Part shown: positions 7,036 through 12,036 of the stretch, in pieces
How the letters are laid out: the number at the start of each line of letters is the position of its first letter
Numbering within the stretch: the first letter of the stretch is position 1
NCBI GenBank assembly: GCA_044236265.1
Contig: JBIIGV010000084.1
Coordinates: 1-12,036, forward strand
DNA: 12,036 bases
Source of the DNA: Oligoflexales bacterium
Lineage (GTDB): Bacteria; Bdellovibrionota_B; Oligoflexia; Oligoflexales; RGVZ01
Reading direction: 5' to 3'
Position numbers and translations under genes: made by a program
The notes under the pieces: generated by a model
Databases searched by the model: none
What the model saw: the letters and a program-made list of their open reading frames with translations, nothing else
Told to the model about the DNA's origin: nothing

Positions 7036-7995
7036 CTACTTCGTAAACGTCAGACAAGCCCAACCCTCAAGTTCAGATTTATCGACCAGCTTCATGCCCT
7101 CAGCCTTTGCCAGACGCGTCATCTCCACTTCGTCTTCCACAAGAACGCCGGAGAGAATTAAAAGCCCATCTTTGCGCGTAATCTTGGCGAGCTCAGGAAT
7201 GATCTTTTGCAGAACCACAAACAAGATGTTGGCAATGACCACATCAAAGGGCGGCTGAAATTCAGGCCTGCCAGAAACTCCGGCCACAGGAGAGCTCCCC
7301 TGCCACAGAGGAAGATTTAAATGATTAAGCTTGGCGTTATTTTCCGCTGATGTCACAGCGTCAGGATCGATGTCACTTCCGGCTACAGATTTAAAACCTA
7401 ACTTCATCGCACCTAGGGCCAATATTCCAGTGCCTGTGCCCACATCCATCAGTCGCCAGTCCTTAAACGGAGCTCCGTTTTTTGCCAAGGCTTCCAAGCG
7501 GCGAAGAACGACCTGGGTCGTCGCGTGTTGGCCTGTGCCAAAAGCCATGCCTGGCTCAACCACCAAAGGAATTTTGTTTTTGGGAATATTTTGGCTATCC
7601 CACGGCGGATAAATATAAAATTTTTCTGTCTCGATAGGCTTAAAGCTTTCCTTCCAACCCTCAAGCCACTCACTTGTTTCCATGGAGTGAATAACCACGT
7701 CAAGTCCTTCCGGAAAATCTCGCAAAAGTTGACTGCGGAGATCTTCCAAAAGCTCTTTACTATACTTGTAAACTGAAACAGGAAGCAGATCGCCTCCGAG
7801 CTCTTCATAAAAATCCCTTGTCGAAGGGCCTGTGTATTCGTTGTCGATATCAAGGCCGTCCATCACACCTTCGACAAACTCGTCAATTCCATGTGCCGAA
7901 AGCCACTCCATCACCTTGGCCTTCGTCTGGCGTGCATGTCGATCCTTGGGATCAAAGGAGAGTCGAAGTTCAAAGGTTATTTGCGGGTAGGGCAT
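7036..7995 (-). CDS. prmA: Ribosomal protein L11 methyltransferase PrmA
   Basis: WLEGWKESFKPI, PPW, EPGMAFGTGQHATT, DVGTGTGILA, DIDPDAV, DVVIANIL, LILSGVL. Confidence 0.95.
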   Translation of the reverse strand: MPYPQITFELRLSFDPKDRHARQTKAKVMEWLSAHGIDEFVEGVMDGLDIDNEYTGPSTRDFYEELGGDLLPVSVYKYSKELLEDLRSQLLRDFPEGLDVVIHSMETSEWLEGWKESFKPIETEKFYIYPPWDSQNIPKNKIPLVVEPGMAFGTGQHATTQVVLRRLEALAKNGAPFKDWRLMDVGTGTGILALGAMKLGFKSVAGSDIDPDAVTSAENNAKLNHLNLPLWQGSSPVAGVSGRPEFQPPFDVVIANILFVVLQKIIPELAKITRKDGLLILSGVLVEDEVEMTRLAKAEGMKLVDKSELEGWACLTFTK

Positions 7996-8035
7996 AGTTG
8001 CAAGCTTTCAGCAATTGGTGATTGCGACATTGTCG

Positions 8036-9841
8036 TCAACGCATCAGGCCAAAAGGTCCGATGGGGGACGCCATAAATTCTGATGACGACAGATAGCTTG
8101 TTTTTGCGGACATGTCATCCATGCTCATACGAACTTTCTGAGCGGCGTCCATTTGACCAGATCCGGTGAGTGCTTCCGTGTAAAGATTTGCCAACCCTGA
8201 CCACTGCGGGTGTTTGTTGTAAATCGGCGTCATGGCGGCTGCGATCTCCTTGTACTGATCACGACCACCACCAGATGATTTCACCTTGGCCAACCTAAAT
8301 TCTGCAATCGCCACGTCAATCCAGTCTGCATTGGTCTTATTTTTAAATGTTTGCAGATTTACCGCCGTGCGCGCGGCTTCTTTCAGATTTCCAGCCCTGA
8401 CGTAGGCCACCAAAAGTCCAGCCCTTGATTGCCAGGTATTCCTAAATTTAACTGCAGACTGAAATGCTGAGATGGCGTCCCCAAGTCGCTCGCGACTGCG
8501 CATCTCCAGAAGGATTGAACCCAAAAGGTGACTGCTCACACCGTCAAGACCATCTTTAGACCTGACAGTCAAAAGTCTATCTGCTGCACCTGCAGAATCA
8601 CCTGTTAGCATCAAAGACCGCGCAGCTATGACAAATAAATCGCGGCGCAAGTTAGGATCCATTGGAAGCTTGAGTGACTCGCTAGCCAAAGGGCCTGCGA
8701 CTGCACTCACCTGCCTTCCAAGGCCCAATGTCAGCCCCATATTGGCAATTGGAATGAAGGCCAAAGGGTCACTCTTAAATGATCCTGGGTACTTCTGGAT
8801 GGTCTCACCAAGCTGAGTTGAAAATCCGCGTGCCTGATCACTACTACGAATGCCAACAGAAGCTGAAGCAAAACGCGTCGAAAGATCGAGCGCGCGCCAA
8901 CGAGAAACATCGGAGGGAGTCGTAGAGACGTCTTTAGCCATACTCACTAAAACTGCCAGCTCACCACGTCTATTCTCGCGAAGAACCTGCTTAAACCTCG
9001 CATCAAAAATCATGCGTCTAAAGGTATAGTCTCCCTGAAGCATACTCATCACGTCTTGGAAGAGCTTTGTTGACTGGCTACCTTCCATCGCAGTGGCTGA
9101 TGCAAATTTTAAAACTGCCTGCTCACGTACTGTCAAAGATTTCAGAGCCACGGGTGATAGTTTTGCAATTGGCCGCAAGACTGACTTTGATCCACGATAG
9201 GCAAGTAGCCATGCTTTCAAACTACAATCAGAGTTTGCACCCCAGACCTGACATTTACCGCGCAGATGCGAATCGACCTGCGGCCAAAGCCCCGCTGCAA
9301 CAGCCATGTACATAGGGTCAATAGGACCGAATCCAGGGACGCCGCTTGTGCTAGCAGTCACTGGTCGCGCAGCAATTTCTTTATCAATGTGACGCTCAAA
9401 CTTTTTCGCACGCTTAGTCCAAACAGGAACATAGTCCGCCAAACTAATTCCCAAGTATTGATCCGCTAAACTTTGGGACTTTTTGCGAAACTGTCCTACA
9501 TAGTTCCAAGCTAAAATAAAGGAGCCCATCACAACGCTGGTAAATAGAAAAAACTTGAGTACAGGATTCATTGCAACGGTGCCCTGAACAACCGTCTGCC
9601 TGTTACGAAAAAACGTAGAAATTTCTTCGGCCTGCTGATTGGGGTCAACAGGCTTCGCGGGCTGCATGTGGGGAGGCACAATCCCCTGGCCTAGCTGCTG
9701 GTTCGGGACACTTTGAGGAAGCTGAACGCCAGGTGCCATGCCAGGCCTCAGGACCTGAAGATTTTTGGCTGAGCCTTCAGATAGCTCCAAACTTTCGCCT
9801 GGAGTGCTAGGTAAAGTTGTTTTTTGACTGCTTTGATTCAA
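8036..9841 (-). CDS. Hypothetical membrane-anchored protein, 601 aa, helical/TPR-like C-terminal half
   Basis: Long ORF with Pro/Gln-rich low-complexity N-terminus, one TM (VLKFFLFTSVVMGSFILAW) and TPR-like repeats (HLLGSILLEM...DAISAFQSAV, LLVAYVRAGNLKEAA, LYTEALTGSGQMDAA). The TTG start is uncertain. Confidence 0.75.
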   Translation of the reverse strand: MNQSSQKTTLPSTPGESLELSEGSAKNLQVLRPGMAPGVQLPQSVPNQQLGQGIVPPHMQPAKPVDPNQQAEEISTFFRNRQTVVQGTVAMNPVLKFFLFTSVVMGSFILAWNYVGQFRKKSQSLADQYLGISLADYVPVWTKRAKKFERHIDKEIAARPVTASTSGVPGFGPIDPMYMAVAAGLWPQVDSHLRGKCQVWGANSDCSLKAWLLAYRGSKSVLRPIAKLSPVALKSLTVREQAVLKFASATAMEGSQSTKLFQDVMSMLQGDYTFRRMIFDARFKQVLRENRRGELAVLVSMAKDVSTTPSDVSRWRALDLSTRFASASVGIRSSDQARGFSTQLGETIQKYPGSFKSDPLAFIPIANMGLTLGLGRQVSAVAGPLASESLKLPMDPNLRRDLFVIAARSLMLTGDSAGAADRLLTVRSKDGLDGVSSHLLGSILLEMRSRERLGDAISAFQSAVKFRNTWQSRAGLLVAYVRAGNLKEAARTAVNLQTFKNKTNADWIDVAIAEFRLAKVKSSGGGRDQYKEIAAAMTPIYNKHPQWSGLANLYTEALTGSGQMDAAQKVRMSMDDMSAKTSYLSSSEFMASPIGPFGLMR

Positions 9842-9911
9842 AGAAATGCCCCCATTTACCTAAATGAGGTATCGGCAGGTGGGGCCCTCTATGGATCCCT
9901 TTCGCTGGGTG

Positions 9912-9923
9912 TGGTTATAACCA
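9912..9923. promoter_or_regulatory. Perfect 12-bp palindrome TGGTTATAACCA, candidate transcription-factor operator
   Basis: Lies in the divergent intergenic region next to an AT-rich stretch and resembles GntR-family TGGT-Nx-ACCA operators. Confidence 0.4.
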
Positions 9924-10070
9924 TCTAAAATAATTATACTTATTTATTACCCTTAATCTTTGTCTGGTGTTTTCCAAAGGATCCCCCATCCGAGTCTAGA
10001 TCTATCCTTGGGGATTTGTTAAATCCCCGGTGAATTGATTGCCGTAATTTACCTGGAGGGTCACTGCGCC

Positions 10071-10592
10071 ATGGCGATTTTAGAGTTTCGCGGAGAGACG
10101 TGGACAAATCCAAAAGAAATAAAGTCCGTACTTTCGAAGTATGGAATTCCCTACGAATGTTGGGGCACGCATAGTCTTACAGACTCATCGGCAGATGGAG
10201 TTTTAAAGTCCTATAGCCAAGACATCAGTCGTCTTAAGGCAGAACGCGACTATGTGACAGAAGACGTCATCGCTCTTGATCCCACAACTCCAAATCTCGA
10301 TGTGCTGCTTGCCAAGTTTTCAGATGAGCATCACCACACTGACGATGAGGTGAGATTTACCGTTGCTGGTGAAGGCGTTTTTGAGATCAACGTTACGGCT
10401 GAAGAACGCGTGAAATTTACGGCTGAGCCTGGAGATCTCATCGTTGTTCCTGCGTGGCGTCGTCATTTGTTTTATCTAACGGCGAAAAAAACCATTCGCT
10501 GCATTCGACTTTTCAAAGACAAGAGCGGATGGGAGGCTCATTACCCGTATGCTCAAGAAGGAAGCTCCGAAAGGGTGCTGCATTTTGCTTAA
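10071..10592 (+). CDS. mtnD: Acireductone dioxygenase (ARD, cupin) of the methionine salvage pathway, 173 aa
   Basis: KFSDEHHHTDDEVRF, GEGVF, PGDLIVVPAWRRHLF, IRLFKDKSGWEAHY. ATG 10071 preceded by GGAGG at 10055-10059. Confidence 0.92.
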   Translation: MAILEFRGETWTNPKEIKSVLSKYGIPYECWGTHSLTDSSADGVLKSYSQDISRLKAERDYVTEDVIALDPTTPNLDVLLAKFSDEHHHTDDEVRFTVAGEGVFEINVTAEERVKFTAEPGDLIVVPAWRRHLFYLTAKKTIRCIRLFKDKSGWEAHYPYAQEGSSERVLHFA

Positions 10593-10604
10593 TCAGATAC
10601 CGTG

Positions 10605-10645
10605 AAAGCCGCGCTGGGAAAGAGTTTCCGGCGCGCTTTTTATTT
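10605..10645 (+). terminator. Rho-independent terminator of mtnD
   Basis: CGCGCTGGGAA (10610-10620), AGAG loop, TTTCCGGCGCG (10625-10635), followed by CTTTTTATTT. Confidence 0.85.
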
Positions 10646-10680
10646 GTGCAAAAGAGCAGAAAAATTTTTTTACGAGACAC

Positions 10681-10709
10681 TTGACAAGCAAACTTTGTTA
10701 TCGAAGAAT
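10681..10709 (+). promoter_or_regulatory. sigma70 promoter for the rdgC-like/yihY operon
   Basis: TTGACA (10681-10686), 17 bp, AAGAAT (10704-10709), with an A/T-tract UP-like element at about 10660-10671. Confidence 0.6.
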
Positions 10710-10778
10710 GGCTCTCCATTTCAAGCACCCGTCTCTGTGATTCCCATGAGAATTTAAGCGAGGGCTCTGTCTAGAATC

Positions 10779-10838
10779 TGTGGATTTGCAAACAGCTTAT
10801 CCACGGGTTACCAACATATTGTCCACAGCTTATCCCCA
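10779..10838. promoter_or_regulatory. Cluster of DnaA boxes in an 11-bp-period array
   Basis: TTATCCACG (10797), TTACCAACA (10808), TTGTCCACA (10819) and TTATCCCCA (10830) match TTATCCACA at 8, 7, 8 and 8 of 9, each separated by 2 bp. An inverted box TGTGGATTT lies at 10779-10787 (7/9). Confidence 0.75.
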
Positions 10839-10859
10839 ACCCTTAGGAGCGCGTAAGTC

Positions 10860-11453
10860 ATGGCAAATTCAGGAAAAAACAATGCAAGTGACGAGCTGCG
10901 GGACGAAATCCACAGTCAATCCTTACACAAAAGCTTTTTACACCGTGAGTTCCTAACTTGGCTCTGGTACTTCGCTGAAACCAGTGAGGGTCGTTTTGAC
11001 ATCGTCACTAAAAAAGGGCCGAAAAAATCTGCTCAGATTTGGATGGATGACCGTATCGTGCTGACAGCAAAAACTGGCAGAGCTCACGAGCACATCATCA
11101 AGGGCGGAGTACCCAGCACAAGTGATGAGGCGGCTGTTGCGTTAGAATCCGGAAAATCCGTAAAAGAAATGCGCATTGCCTTGGAAATTGAAGACTGCGG
11201 GCTATTTCAGGCGACCTTAGGCGGTGACGACATCACACCAAAAGGACTCTTACTGCCAGAGCCTAATCCAAATGTCGACAACTCGGTCCTTGATCAGCGT
11301 ATTGACGCCGTAGATCTATTTTCAGCGGCCATCGACACCTTGTTCTTGAAATTTATGGATGAACGAACCGACAAGCTGTGGGACACTACTCGTATGAACT
11401 CCATCAGAAATTGGATTAAGACGAGGCGCCATGAGCCAAAGACGATTCACTGA
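10860..11453 (+). CDS. RdgC-like (recombination-associated) protein, short deltaproteobacterial type, 197 aa
   Basis: FLHREFLTWLWY, 'DEAAVALESGKSVKEMRI' and 'IDTLFLKFMDER...W..IRNWI' match, as I recall, short RdgC-like proteins of Myxococcota/Desulfobacterota. AGGAG RBS upstream. Confidence 0.65.
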   Translation: MANSGKNNASDELRDEIHSQSLHKSFLHREFLTWLWYFAETSEGRFDIVTKKGPKKSAQIWMDDRIVLTAKTGRAHEHIIKGGVPSTSDEAAVALESGKSVKEMRIALEIEDCGLFQATLGGDDITPKGLLLPEPNPNVDNSVLDQRIDAVDLFSAAIDTLFLKFMDERTDKLWDTTRMNSIRNWIKTRRHEPKTIH

Positions 11454-12036
11454 TTTTCTCAAAGATCAAAGCCGCTGGCCTGAGTGGGCGCAGCGGCTTT
11501 TTCATTACATATCGATCTACAGTCAAGACGTAAGGCGCAGTGACCTTGCCAAACAAGCCTCGGCCATGGCCTACGTCACTCTCTTTTCTCTCGTGCCAAG
11601 CCTGGCAGCCATCTTCACAGTCATTGGTTTATTTCTTCCAATCATGGGAGAGCATAGCTCCATCATGGAGTACGCGCGCCAATTTTTACTTAAATATCTG
11701 GCAACGGGCAGTGGCGAGGACGTAGTCAGCTATCTTGAAAAATTCTTGGCAGGCTTAAATTTAAAACGTATCGGTATGTCGGCATTTGTGGGGCTTATCG
11801 TCACGTTAATTATTCTTCTGCGCCAGATAGAGGACGCACTTAACGCCATCTGGATGGTCCACACATCAAGACCCATGATCACACGGTTTGTGTCGTTTTG
11901 GCTTTTCCTTACCCTAGGGATGTTCTCAATAAGTGTGCTCGTTGGCTTAACGACCAGTTACTCAGTGACAGCGTTTATCACTCAAAAAACAATTCAAGCA
12001 GCAGGCAAGGCAGATAACATCCCCGTACTTTCGATG
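11431..12036 (+). CDS. YihY/virulence factor BrkB family membrane protein (partial, runs off the window, absent from the ORF track)
   Basis: Frame from ATG 11431 (GAGG at 11423-11426) reads MSQRRFTDFLKDQSRWPEWAQRLFHY...KQASAMAYVTLFSLVPSLAAIF...LRQIEDALNAIW...RFVSFWLFLTLG with no stop seen up to the window end. Overlaps the upstream gene by 23 nt. Confidence 0.9.
   Translation, partial: MSQRRFTDFLKDQSRWPEWAQRLFHYISIYSQDVRRSDLAKQASAMAYVTLFSLVPSLAAIFTVIGLFLPIMGEHSSIMEYARQFLLKYLATGSGEDVVSYLEKFLAGLNLKRIGMSAFVGLIVTLIILLRQIEDALNAIWMVHTSRPMITRFVSFWLFLTLGMFSISVLVGLTTSYSVTAFITQKTIQAAGKADNIPVLSM

Noticed and set aside
2999..9469. Short ORFs 2999-3226, 5178-5396, 5372-5563, 5427-5630, 6197-6469, 6271-6486, 7331-7612, 7449-7853, 7525-7776, 7891-8076, 8628-8816, 9067-9315 and 9266-9469
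   Set aside because: All largely overlap better-supported genes and show no family motifs.
9990..10005. Tandem MetJ-box-like sequence upstream of mtnD
   Set aside because: Only 4/8 and 5/8 matches to AGACGTCT, and MetJ is mainly gammaproteobacterial.
10035..10070. Longer TTG start for mtnD
   Set aside because: The extension contains the GGAGG RBS of ATG 10071 and lies in a hairpin.
10454..10728. ORFs 10454-10684 (+) and 10513-10728 (-)
   Set aside because: They overlap mtnD and cross its terminator, with no motifs.
10779..10859. Firm oriC call for the DnaA-box cluster
   Set aside because: No perfect 9/9 box, no evident DnaA-trio run or AT-rich unwinding element next to the array, and no usual origin-linked genes. 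Kept only as an alternative hypothesis.
11540..11725. 61-aa ORF from the track
   Set aside because: Out-of-frame overlap with the clearly recognisable YihY/BrkB reading frame.

Overview
Bacterial chromosomal window. The gene families point to Bdellovibrionota/Oligoflexia, which is an inference. Left to right: the 3' tail and terminal repeat of a probable IS30-family element; an initiator tRNA-fMet (-) with its own sigma70 promoter and terminator, with an integrase-arm-like direct repeat beyond its 3' end; a mitochondrial-type aconitase (-) with a 47-aa Lys/Ala histone-like N-terminal tail; a 105-bp REP/MITE-like element; a tightly coupled three-gene accessory cassette (-) (secreted protein, TIGR02147-like HTH protein, HExxH lipoprotein) preceded by a palindrome and a structured leader; a 2-TM/HAMP-only protein; rsmE, prmA and a 601-aa membrane-anchored TPR-like gene (all -); a divergent orphan mtnD (+); then a promoter whose leader carries a phased, 11-bp-period array of DnaA boxes upstream of an RdgC-like gene overlapping a YihY/BrkB gene that runs off the right edge. 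The best candidates for undescribed biology are the DnaA-box array with the rdgC-like/yihY operon, the TIGR02147 cassette, and the histone-tailed aconitase. All family calls come from motif recognition by eye, not database searches.
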